Shown here: positions 1 through 10,421 of the stretch, piece after piece | Position numbering within the stretch: position 1 is the stretch's first letter | Layout: each line of letters opens with the position of its first letter | Origin: Octopus sinensis | Lineage: Eukaryota | Length of the DNA stretch: 31,396 nt | Direction: 5' to 3' | Assembly (NCBI RefSeq): GCF_006345805.1 | Contig: NW_021832473.1 | Location: 1 to 31,396, forward strand | The notes under the pieces: generated by a model | The model's input: only the letters and a program-made list of their open reading frames with translations | What the model was told of the DNA's origin: nothing | Database searches by the model: none | Made by a program: the position numbers and the translations under genes

Positions 1-107
1 AACTCTGGTTCCTAATCTGAGAGTTAACAAAAATAAAACCCATACATTCTGGGAATTGTATTCACAATTTTAAAAGCTGCAGCATAAACTGTATAGTTAA
101 TTATATA

Positions 108-706
108 CAAAAGTTCAATGGGTAAATTGTCACCATTTTATATATTTAATTTCGTGCTTGCACATTGTTTGGTTTTGTAGTAGGGTCAGATGGGCACTGC
201 CTGTGAGAAAAACAGCACCATTTGGAAACGATATGCTGTACTGCTTGGTATTTGCTCTGGAAGCTCCGATATGAACATTTCAGGATGATTCGGTGTCAAT
301 ATGAGGACAATGCAGAGGATTCAGAAAAAGTTGGATAAATCTAATGGTGATTACGAAGGTACAGCAGCTCAGAGTACTTACTCTGATTGTTCTGATAAGA
401 AGTGAACTCCTGGATATCATTTCTTAAACCAACAAATCTCCTCATAACACCAAAGATGACTGAAGGCAAGGATTATGGCAGCATTCACCAATTTAAAACC
501 AGGAGACCATCCAGAAGAGTTGCAGAAGATTCTGAAGTCATCTGGAGGCCGTGGTTGAAACCAATTGTGATTTTATTGAATAAATTTACTCTTTAGTATT
601 TCAAGATATTTTAAAATAATGTTGGTAAATATATCTCTTAAAATGAGATGCCAAAGTTATTTTCATTTTTGCATAATTTAGACAACAATTTATTCACCAC
701 ACCCTG
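108..706 (+). mobile_element. Internally deleted Tc1/mariner-superfamily DNA transposon relic
   Basis: Translation gives an HTH-like N-terminus (WKRYAVLLGICSGSSDMNISG*FGVNMRTMQRIQKKLD) joined to a typical transposase C-terminus (ETIQKSCRRF*SHLEAVVETNCDFIE*). The right end ...AATTTATTCACCACACCCTG reads CAGGGTG... on the minus strand. The left TIR is degenerate and follows a TA at 106-107. Confidence 0.7.
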
Positions 707-727
707 TGTATGTGTATGTGTGTGTGT

Positions 728-848
728 GTGTATTTCTATAAATATATATATATGTGTATTTCTATAAATATATATATGTGTATTTCTATAAATATATATA
801 TGTGTATTTCTATAAATATATATATGTGTATTTCCATAAATATATATA
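728..848. repeat. Minisatellite, ~24-bp unit GTGTATTTCTATAAATATATATAT x5
   Basis: Five consecutive units are directly visible; they explain the periodic ORFs 638..853 and 710..1012. Confidence 0.9.
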
Positions 849-859
849 CACACACGTTA

Positions 860-1158
860 AAAGCATTTATGTTGGCACCACATAAAAATCTCGTGCTAGC
901 ACCACGTGCAAAGCACCTGTGGTGGTGCCATGTGTATAACACACACGTGCTGTCACCACGTGAAAAGCACTTATGGAGTGCACACATCAAAAGCGGCCAG
1001 TGCTCTTTGTAAAGTGGTTGGCTTTGGGAAATGCATGCAGCCGTGGAAACCATGCCTATACAGATGACTGGTGCACGGTGCCGCCCTCTGGCTTGCCAAC
1101 ACCTGTCAAACCTGCAAACGACTACCAGCATAAAAGACAGACATTAAATTATGATGAC
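860..1158 (+). mobile_element. Degraded 3' tail of an abundant retroposon (LINE/SINE shared tail ending in ATGATG)
   Basis: Internal GCACCACGTG/AAAAGCAC repeats, GTAAAGTGGTTGG...GGAAATGCATGCAGCCGT, ending GACAGACATTAAATTATGATGA. Similar text recurs at 8900-9065 and 21500-21603. Confidence 0.5.
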
Positions 1159-2014
1159 ACACATGTATATATTATATATATACACATATATATATATATA
1201 TATATATAGATATATATATATATATATATATATCATATTATATGTATGCGTGTGTGTATATATATATATATATGATGTATGTGTTGTGTATATATTATAT
1301 ATATATATGCATACATAAATAATACAGATATATACATATATATATTATATATGATGATGATGATGATGAGATATATAGCTATATAATATATATATATATA
1401 TAAACCCCCACACAGACATATGAATACACATACATACTTATAGATATAGACACACATGCGTGCACACATACACACTCACACATATTCAGTAACCTCAATT
1501 GAGGGATAAAATTGAGAAAACAAGTTTATCCATTATTTGAGGCAATCGGCTGGCGTCTTGTTCAGGGAAACATTTCGAATGCCTGCAGTCCATGGGAAAT
1601 TTCATTTAAAATAAAAGAGGTCAAAACTTTGATGGTGAAAAGCATAAAGCAATATCTTGCTTTCAGTATTAAGTTCAATTTCTCCAACAATAAAACAAAG
1701 TCGCCAAGTGAGACCAACACTTTGTCTCCGGAGAAATTTGTCTCTTAGGGACAGACGGCTAGCCCAAAAATAAGCAATGAGTCTTAGTGGAGTCAGTTAC
1801 AATGTGGAGAAAGATTAAATAGATAAGAGACATTGGTCCCTTAATCTGGTATATCAGAATGCCATGGTAGAGATAATCTAGGATTTCTTTGTCTTAGATT
1901 ATTTTACTGATAAGATGATCTAAATGAATCAGAGAGATGTGATCAAAACAAGAACGAAAACCAAGGCAATTGAAGAACTGATGGTCATTTTGCTGACCAA
2001 AATGTTTCAGAAAG

Positions 2015-2160
2015 GAATGGTTGGGTGGTTACGAAGTGTGCTTCTCAACCATGCATAAATTTCAAGATCAGTTCTGCAGTGTGGTACCTTGGGCAAATGT
2101 GTTTTATGATAGCGCCAGGCCAAACAATGTCTTGTGAGTGAATTTGGTAGATGGAAAATG
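2015..2160 (+). mobile_element. tRNA-derived SINE family A, degraded 5' half
   Basis: Alignable by eye to the intact copies at 18999 and 30673 (GGTACCTTGGGCAAATGTG, TTGTGAGTGAATTTGGTAGATGGAAA). Confidence 0.6.
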
Positions 2161-2164
2161 CATC

Positions 2165-2472
2165 AGAATTTGAACTCAAAACATAAAGACAGACAAAATG
2201 CTTTTAAGGAATTTGCTGGGCATGCTAAGAATTTTGCCAGCTTGCTTCTTTAATAATAAATCCTTTCCAACATAGGCACAAGACCTGAAATTGGGGGGAG
2301 GGGGATAGTTGAGTACATCAACACCAGTATGCAACTGATACCTATTTTATCGACCTCGAAAGGATGAAAGGCAAAGTCAACCCTGACAGCATTTGAACTC
2401 AGAACATAAGGATGGATGAAATACCACTAAATACCTTGTCAGGCATGCTAACAATGCTGCCAGCTTGCCACC

Positions 2473-2475
<3 letters not shown>
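2165..2475 (-). mobile_element. tRNA-derived SINE family B: partial head (2165-2250) plus near-complete copy (2252-2475)
   Basis: Minus strand reads AAGGTGGCAAGCTGGCAGCATTGTTAGCATGCC...GTTCTGAGTTCAAATGC...TTTGCCTTTCATCCTTTCGAGGTCGATAAAATAGG, ending in an (ATT) tail. The central block resembles Deu/Nin-type SINE domains (recalled, not verified). Confidence 0.7.
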
Positions 2476-2542
<67 letters not shown>

Positions 2543-2551
2543 TAATAATAA
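2476..2551. repeat. (TAA)n microsatellite
   Basis: Direct reading. Confidence 0.95.
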
Positions 2552-3343
2552 TCCCAGCAATGGTTGAGAAGCTCAGGACTCAAAGCAGAAACAGAGGGAT
2601 TTTTAATTGCAGCACAAGACCAAAGCCTCCCCACCAGAAATTACCAAAAACATGTAATGAAAAGAAATATTACAAGTAACTGCAGAATATGTGGAGATGG
2701 ACAAGAAACAATAAATCATATTATCTCTAGCTGCCCAGTCCTGGCTAAGAAAGAATATATTCACAGACATGACAGAGTTGGAACCTACATACATTGGAAG
2801 CTATGCCAACATTATGGAATAACAACAGAAAAAAGATGGTATAGGCACACACCAGAAAAGGTCACAGAAAACGAGAAAGCAACCATACTCTGGGATATGC
2901 CGATACACACAGATAGAGAAATTAAGGCCAACAGACCAGATATAGTTGTCAGAGATCATGAAGAAAAAAAATGCTTTCTAATTGATGTATCAATACCGGC
3001 AGATGACACGTGTCTCTAAAAGAAATGGAGAAACTCTCAAAATACAAAGACCTGGAATAGAGGTAACTAGAATGTGGAATCTGAAAACAGAAACAATTCC
3101 TATCATAGTAGGTGCATTAAGCATGATAAAAAAATATTCAGACAAATACATAACAAAAACACCAGGACTTACAAAACACATATAACATACAGAAAATTGC
3201 ACTACTAGGCACTGCACACATCCTACGCAGAACACTTTCCATACAATAACCATCAGAGCATCACAACAAATCACAGCACATACCCAAGGCACACAGAGCT
3301 GCGCTCGGTAGTGAAGTGAAAGCACGCTAAAAAAATAAAACTA

Positions 3344-3377
<34 letters not shown>
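2552..3377 (+). mobile_element. 5'-truncated R4/Dong-clade non-LTR retrotransposon (CCHC zinc knuckle plus restriction-like endonuclease, 3'UTR, (TAA)n tail)
   Basis: ORF 2564..3019 has CRICGDGQETINHIISSC, HRHDRV and RPDIVV...LIDVSIP (PD..D motif). After a frameshift near 3010 it continues RMWNLKTETIPIIVGALSMI and later QKIALLGTAHILRRTLSIQ* (stop 3247-3249). It is flanked on both sides by (TAA)n. Confidence 0.88.
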
Positions 3378-3727
3378 GGTGCCCTGGGAATGATAGCGAA
3401 AGGGGCTGATTGCTACCTAACTCAGATACCAGGAAACCCCAAAATGGCAGAAATTCAAAAGATAGTGCTCATGGGAACTGCTCATATCCTACGCAAAATA
3501 CTCTCTATGTAATCCCAAGGTTTAAAACAAACTTCTTTTATTTTTTTAAAATTTATGTATTAGACATTCACTAGTACAACACCAAAAAAAAACCCCAAAT
3601 ATATGGCACACTAAGCATAACAACAACATGAACTTCCAACCTGTTGTCTCTTGAGGTCTCTGGGTGAGACTTGGAGCCAACTTGTACAAATATAAAGCAA
3701 AAGTCAAACATAGAATAATAATAATAA
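3378..3727 (+). mobile_element. Second, shorter 3' end of a divergent R4/Dong-type element
   Basis: Reads GALGMIAKGADCYLTQIPGNPKMAEIQKIVLMGTAHILRKILSM* (stop 3510-3512), paralogous to the C-terminus of the preceding element. It has a different 3'UTR and its own (TAA)n tail at 3714-3727. Confidence 0.8.
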
Positions 3728-3935
3728 TCATTTCTAGTAAAGACACAAAGCCTGAAATTTGTAGGAAGGGGACTAGGTGAATACATGAACCCCAGTGTTT
3801 CACTGGTACTCCAATTATTAATGCTGAATGGATGTAAGGCAAAGTTGACCTCAGTGGAATTTGATCTCAGAATGTAAGGATGGACAAAATGCCACTAAGC
3901 ATTTTGCCCTGCATGCTAACAATTCTGCCAACTCA
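3728..3935 (-). mobile_element. tRNA-derived SINE family B, degraded
   Basis: Collinear with 2252-2475 (CACAAAGCCTGAAATT, GGCAAAGTTGACCTCAGTGGAATTTGATCTCAGAA, GCATGCTAACAATTCTGCCAAC). Confidence 0.65.
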
Positions 3936-3967
3936 TGGAGGAGGAATATGATGGAGGAGGAGGAGGA

Positions 3968-4045
3968 ATGGAAGAAGAAGAAGAAGAAGAAGAAGAAGAA
4001 GAAGAAGAAGAAGAAGAAGAAGAAGAAGAAAAAGAAGAAGAAGAA
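3968..4045. repeat. (GAA)n microsatellite
   Basis: Direct reading; source of the poly-K ORF 3861..4223. Confidence 0.95.
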
Positions 4046-4429
4046 TTATAGGCCCAAGGTGATGAGGCTAGTTGATTGCAGTGGGACCCAGGTTGTTATT
4101 TTATTGCACCTGAGAGGACAAAAAGCAGAGCAGGCCTCAGTGACCCTTCAACACAAAACGGAAGGAACCAGGAGAGATCCTGCTTATAATAAGAATTATG
4201 ATAATCACGATAGGAATTTGTAACTTAGGCTCAAAGACTTGGCATTTTTCCATTCTGTTTTCGTGAGTGTGGGAGGATTTGTACTTGATTTAATCACCTC
4301 AGTGTATGACTGGTATATATAAACTTATATATATCATAAGCACCAGAAACACAAGGCAAAGTTGATGCTGATTGTTGTAGATTGGGTGGGAGTGAAGGGT
4401 CATGGTGCTGGTGTGGCTGTATTGAGGTG

Positions 4430-5248
4430 TGGATTGTAGTAGTGGTAAGTGGTAAGTGGTGGTGGTGGTGGTGGTGGTGGTGGTGGTGGATGTTGCAGTA
4501 GTTGAGGATGGTCACTGTAGTAATGGCAGAAGAGGTTAAGTAAAGGTCATAATGCTGGCGGTGGCAGTGGTGGTGATAGTGGTTGTGGTGGTGGTAGTAG
4601 TGGTTATGGGGATAGTAGTGGTCGTGGTAGTGGTGGTTATGGTGATAGTGGTGGTTGTGATAGTGGTGGTGATGGTTGTGATGGTGATAGTGGTGGTGGT
4701 GTGGTGGTGGTAGTGGTGGTGGTTGTGTTAGTTGTGGTGATGGTTGCGGTGGGGGTGGTGATGGTGGTGATGATAGTGGTGATGGTTGTGGTGGTGATAG
4801 TGGTGGTGGTGGTGGTTGTGGTGGTGATGGTTGTGGCGGTGACAGTGATGATGTTTGTCATGTTGGGGGTGGCATTAGTGACAATGGTTGCTCTAATGGG
4901 GACAGCAACAGTGTGGTGGTGGTGGTGGAGGATGTGGTGGTGTCCTTGTCATCAGGGGTGACAATGATGATGATGATGATGATGATGACAACAACAGGAG
5001 GTTTTTGGTAGCAGTGTCAGTGATTCTAAGGCTGGAGGTGATGGTGGGGGTGGAGATGGATTTATTACAAGCCAGGACAGCAATGGTGGAGCTGATGGTG
5101 GTGGGGGCGCTTGTGGTGGAGCCTGGTGGTGTTGGTGGTGGTGCTACTGCTGGTTTTGTAGGAGGAAGAGGAGGAGGAGGGGGTGTTGCTAGAAGAGATA
5201 GTTGTCCTGATCATTGTGAGGATTATAATGGGACAGCAGCGTGGTGGT

Positions 5249-5279
<31 letters not shown>

Positions 5280-5340
5280 AAGGTGGAGGTGGTGGTAGTG
5301 TGGAGGTGGTGGTGGTGGTGGTGGTGGTGGTGGTGGAGCT
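4430..5340. repeat. Compound (GGT)n/(GAT)n/(GGA)n low-complexity tract
   Basis: Direct reading. It yields poly-V/W/T/P/H ORFs that are interrupted by stops. Confidence 0.85.
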
Positions 5341-5775
5341 AGCCTGGTAACACCAAGTGTCTAGATCTAAAGGAGAAAGAGAAGCAAGAGAAAGAAAAAG
5401 GCAAACAGTAGAAAGGAGAGGAGGGAGAGGAGGAGGGGGAGGAGGGGGAGCAGCAGCACAGAAATGGAAAAAAAAAAAAAAAATTAAGGAGAGTAACTTC
5501 TTTTATTTGTTTTGTTTTTTTTTCACCTGTTCACCTTGAGTTTGAAACCCACCCCCAACTCCTTAGAATCTCCTGGAAAAAAAACAAGAAATCCCTTTGC
5601 TGGAAATATTTTGTGCTGATCCAGATCTTATCGAGATCTTCATTCCAGTTTTAATTTTGCAGAGAATTAATTGCAGAGTGGCAGGATGTCTAACCTTATT
5701 GATCAACAACAACAATAACACACACACTGACACACATACACACACCACATAAACACATACACACACACACACACA

Positions 5776-5895
5776 GCATCACATAATCATACATATGTAA
5801 AATTACACAGCCACATTGAAAGATTCACACATTTTCACATATTCACACATACACAAAATCTCATAAACACACACACATACACACACACACACACA

Positions 5896-5929
<34 letters not shown>

Positions 5930-6390
5930 GCATCACATAATCATACATATGTAAAATTACACAGCCACATTGAAAGATTCACACATTTTCACATATTCAC
6001 ACATACACAAAATCTCATAAACACACACACACATACACACACATACACACACACCACACACACACACAGCATCACATAATCATACATTGTAAAATTACAC
6101 AGCCACATTGAAAGATTCACACAATTTTCACATATTCACACATACACAATCTCATAAACACACACACACATACACACACATACACACACACACACCACAC
6201 ACACACAGCATCACATAATCATACATATGTAAAATTACACAGCCACATTGAAAGATTCACACATTTTCACATATTCACACATACACAAAATCTCATAAAC
6301 ACCACCACACATACACACACACACACATACACACACACACACATACACACACACACACACACATATTCACACATACACAAAATCTCATAA
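5776..6390. repeat. Tandem repeat: ~95-bp core (GCATCACATAATCATACATATGTAAAATTACACAGCCACATTGAAAGATTCAC...) x4 plus a partial copy, separated by variable (CA)n
   Basis: Cores start at 5776, 5930, 6069 and 6208 (spacings 154, 139, 139), with a partial copy near 6361. Confidence 0.9.
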
Positions 6391-6689
6391 ACACACACAC
6401 ACACACACAGAGAAAGACTTGCCTGTTTTCACATACACTGAGAATAATATCTTCACCTTATACATATTCATACACAGACATAGTCTCACACACAAACACA
6501 CACACACATACACACACACACACATACACAGACACATACAAATATACAATCGCACACGCACACACACAAACAACTGCCAGCACAAATACAAGCACACATA
6601 CATTTGCAATAGAAATTTGAAGAAGCAGGTAGCAGTAGTAGAAATAGTAGTAGTAGCAAAAGCGGCAGTTTGTGAAGTGCATTGCAACC

Positions 6690-7215
6690 ATTATCATTAT
6701 CATTATCATCATTATTATTATTATTATCATTATTATTATCATTATTATTATTATTATTGTTATTATTATTATTATTATCATTATTATTATTATTATTATT
6801 ATTATCATTATATAACCCACCGATATTAGTAGCAGCAGCAACCTTACAAGCAGCAGGTGAAATATTACTACTACTGCTACTACTGTTACTACTACCACTA
6901 TCACTGCAACAAACCGCCACCACCGCCACCACCACCACCACTACCACCACCGCTACTATTACAACTGCAACTGTCACCACCACCACCACCACCACCACCA
7001 CTACCACTACCACCACCGCTACTATACAACTGCAACTGTCACCGCCACCACCACTACACCTACAACTACCACCATCACCATCACTACTACTACTACACCT
7101 ACAACTACCACCATCACCATCACTACTACTACTACACCTACAACTACCACCATCACCATCACTACTACTACTACTACTACCAACACTACTACTACTGCCC
7201 CTATTATTACTACTA
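6690..7215. repeat. (ATT)n, (CCA/CTA)n tracts and a 39-bp minisatellite (CTACAACTACCACCATCACCATCACTACTACTACTACAC, ~3 copies near 7060-7175)
   Basis: Direct reading; the 13-aa periodicity LQLPPSPSLLLLH in ORF 6682..7224 reflects the 39-bp unit. Confidence 0.85.
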
Positions 7216-7285
7216 GTGTTCTAATAAGTGTAAGTCCAAAATTTTTTAGTGTGTCTTCTCGCGGTTTGTTTGTGTTTTTTTTACG

Positions 7286-7388
7286 ATGAAGCCGGCACCA
7301 CTCCATGCTAAAATGGCCCAGGGTACAAGCCATATCAATTTTCTCCTCTTCGTCATCCTCATCCTTCCATTCATAATTCAAGTGTCAG
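7286..7388 (+). CDS. Probable first coding exon of a secreted or cell-surface protein (signal peptide); product unidentified
   Basis: ATG 7286 (second in-frame ATG 7313 in strong AAAATGG context) encodes MKPAPLHAK-MAQGTSHINFLLFVILILPFIIQVS plus 1 nt, followed by the donor CAG|GTTAGT at 7388/7389 (phase 1). There is an in-frame stop just upstream (7247-7249), and CpGs are retained in the flanks (TTCGCGTCGCGCGC near 7524-7537). The exon is too short for the ORF track. Confidence 0.65.
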
Positions 7389-8204
7389 GTTAGTAGTAAA
7401 ATCTGAATAATTTTCGCAATTTTTTAATTTTTGGATTTTTATTTAAATGGAATCTGTGGTGTGCGTTTGGATTGCGTACGTGTGGGTATCATCTGTCGAA
7501 TTGTCCTTTTGTCTTTCTGTATTTTCGCGTCGCGCGCTTGTGTGTGTGTGTGTGTATGTGGATTTGGACGTTTCTCTATGTGTTTGTGTTTGTATGTGTA
7601 AATGTCATTTTATCTATCCGTCACTATGTATGTGTTTGTGCATGTGGATGTCCCGCTATCTCTATCTATCTGTGTGTGTCCTCACATATGTATGTGTGTG
7701 TCTATGGGTTTCTCTATCTCTCACTCCTTTTCTCTATGGAGTTTTCCATTCCGTGGATGAATCCACTTTTCTTTCTATTTCCCCCCACCCTTTTTCAAAA
7801 TTTTGTTTGTACTGTTATTTTCTGTTTTATTTTATTTTTCAACGTGTTTTCTTTTAGTATTCTGATCCACTTCCATTAATATCTGCTCATCGGTAATCCC
7901 ACATCACAGCAGAATGGTAATCTACCTGCAAGAGGGCAGGCTTAAAACACTCTGTAGGCATTCTTTTCCAACACTCAATGGTTTGGGTTCAAATCCACAC
8001 CAGACCAACATTTACTTCTTCTACTGCCATTCCTCTATCCACCAACCCATCCATCTATCCATCCATCCATTCATCTATCCATGGGCTTGATAAGACAAAT
8101 AACCCCCTTTTATAGAATCTACTTTAACACACCCCCTTACAATAAGTGTACAGTGTTGAACCGATGTAAATAACCAATAATAATGTCATTATTTCTATTA
8201 ATAT

Positions 8205-8400
8205 TGGATTGGCAGAATCGGTAGAGCATCAATCACATTGCTTTGTGCTCTTTAGTGACAACTTTTCACTTACTGACATCAAATCCTCCCAGGAACAACG
8301 TTGTTTCTCCTCCTTTTGGGGGGTTGATAAATTAAACCTGTAGTATTTAAACCAGCTGTATCCAGTTCAAACATTCAGCTTGTTTTATATTGAAACTGAC
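8205..8400 (+). mobile_element. SINE family B, highly degraded (another likely copy at ~8610-8800)
   Basis: TGGCAGAATCGGTAGAGCA head and CCTTTTGGGGGGTTGATAAATTAA central block. Confidence 0.45.
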
Positions 8401-8899
8401 CAGATCTTACCCCTCACACCTAGCCTACAATGTTATTCTAAAAGTAAACAGGTACCACATCACTGAAATCGCTGAGCAATGAGATAATGCATGAATAATT
8501 CTGACTGAGCAATTATAATGCTTTAGGGATAAGGTACCAATCAGAAATTAGGATTGTTTTAATCAACTGATCCCTTCTCCCCATTTTGTGACCCTGTGTT
8601 GGGGTTAGAAGCTGTTTGGTAGAATTTGTGAGGCAGTGAGATAAATGCCTTGCAATATTTCTTCAACAACTTATGTTCCAAGTTCCAATCTTGTCAAGGG
8701 CAATTTTGTCTTTCATCTTTCTGGGGACAATGAATTACAGAACCAATCAAGTTCTGGGGTCAATTCAATCAACTAAACCCCTTCTCTAAAATCCAAAGCT
8801 TTTTTCTATACATTAGAAGAAAGTGACATTTTGATACCTTTCTTAAAGTGACCACCCTGTCTCCTATCCTCCATCTCCGTGGGGTTGTGTTATGAGAAA

Positions 8900-9065
8900 A
8901 AGGTATCCAGTACACTCTGTAAAGTGGTTGGCAGGTTGGAATTAGGAAGGGCATGAAGATGTAGAGACTGCCAGAGCTGAGACACTGGAGCAAGGTGTGG
9001 CTTTTTGATCAGTTGGATCCTATCTCAATATCTTACGCATGAAAGCAGACATAAAAACGATGATC
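8900..9065 (+). mobile_element. Degraded retroposon 3' tail (same family as 860-1158)
   Basis: TACACTCTGTAAAGTGGTTGG...TTAGGAAGGGCAT...GCATGAAAGCAGACATAAAAACGATGAT. Confidence 0.5.
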
Positions 9066-9618
9066 ACACACACACAGAGGGTCAGTGTGAAAAAACGATC
9101 CTTAACCATTATTCTAAGAGCTCACAAGCATCAAGGACTATGGAGGCTTGTATTTACTTGTGGTTTCCACCTGAACAGTAGGTAACCAGCTGATTGGTGG
9201 GTTTCCTGAAATTAGTTCCATAAATGGTTTCAACATTTGCAGAATCCAACTCAAAGACCGTCGATCATCTCTCTTGCATGTAACATGACTACAGCCTCTC
9301 TCAGTACATTATGACAACTGACATTAGGTAACACAATGTGACCGTTGCAATGACTATTTGTGACAAGGAGCCCACTGGTATCTGTTATGTCGAGCTAGCC
9401 TGCAAAAGGCCACCCTCATACAAATGGTCCCTTTCTTAGTCACTCTTAATTGTGGGGCACATGCAGAGATGCACAGATCAATGTTGTTCTCATGCTAATT
9501 ACTGTCTGTGACTAGCCTAACCTTATTCATTCTGCTACTTATATACATACATAAATGCATACAAACATACATACATATACATACAAACACACACACACAC
9601 ACACACACACATACATAC

Positions 9619-9662
<44 letters not shown>

Positions 9663-9860
9663 TAATTGAATGAGTTATCTTATTAAGGATAATTCGAAAG
9701 ATAACTGATACCTGGGTAGCAAGTTCCTTGATTTTCCTGATGTGAAATCTGCATAATGTACTCCTTATTTCTTTGGAATTAGGAATATGCAGCCTTCGAA
9801 ACATATGTCGAGAATAAAGGATATTTGTTAACTAGTCGTTCAACTCCATTCTTTCATATA

Positions 9861-9899
<39 letters not shown>

Positions 9900-10360
9900 A
9901 AGTAATATGTGACAATTATTCGGTAGCCAAGATAAAACCCTGAGTTTCGGATGCCAAGGTGGAAATCCACACCACCATCTCTTCAGTTATCCGATGGCCA
10001 GATAACCGAAGAGATGGTGGAGTGGATTTCTACCTCGACATCCGAAACTCAGAGTTTTATCTTGGCTACTGAATAATTGTCACATATTACTTTTACAGAT
10101 AAATTTCCTCTATTTACATAATATTGAGGTATTTTTCTTTCTTTTGTTATCTTAACATGTGACTGCGTGTGTACTGTTGGCGATTTTTTTCCTCCGTCTT
10201 CCCTTCCTTGGATTTTTCCTTTTCCTATGTTTCTGACGAAGATCTCCGCTTGAAACGTTAAATCCTCCTTCTTTCTTTCCTTTCCTGAGCGTCCGATAAC
10301 TCTATACTTGTTCCATGTCCTCACGTTGTTGTGTGTTTTCATGTTTCAATTAACTATGTA
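9900..10360 (+). mobile_element. Penelope-like pseudo-LTR fragment with inverted 5' duplication (92-bp arms) and hammerhead motif
   Basis: 9900-9991 is the reverse complement of 10001-10092 (7 mismatches, 9-nt spacer). A hammerhead core lies at 10233-10258, and (TA)n flanks both sides. Confidence 0.65.
10229..10263 (+). ncRNA. Minimal type I hammerhead ribozyme motif, degenerate stem II
   Basis: GTTT CTGACGA A GATC TCC GCTT GAAA CG T T AAAT: stem I GTTT/AAAT, core CUGACGA...GAAA, palindromic ACGU in place of stem III. Confidence 0.55.
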
Positions 10361-10421
10361 TGTATGGATATATATATATATATATATATATATAATACAT
10401 ACATACATATATATATATATA

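Noticed and set aside
5065-5366. Minus-strand polypyrimidine tract plus TTTAG acceptor followed by ~100 open codons
   Set aside because: The frame is poly-T/P/S from (CCA)n, ends in a stop with no donor, and the pyrimidine tract is just the complement of a GA-rich region.
5776-6390. Repeat-spacer appearance resembling a CRISPR array
   Set aside because: Eukaryotic context, ~95-bp repeats, spacers that are (CA)n microsatellite rather than unique sequence, and no cas genes.
7246-7381. Minus-strand readings over the signal exon (MNGRMRMTKRRKLIWLVPWAILAWSGAGFI..., and ORF 7022..7381), with an acceptor-like CCCTCTTGCAG at 7926
   Set aside because: The + strand reading has a better start context, an upstream in-frame stop and a consensus donor. 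The minus readings have only a weak GTAAAA donor or run into microsatellite. Not fully excluded.
9120-9830. Non-repetitive-looking segments 9120-9520 and 9660-9830 as exons or LINE fragments
   Set aside because: No sustained open frame, recognisable motif or paired splice sites; left unclassified.
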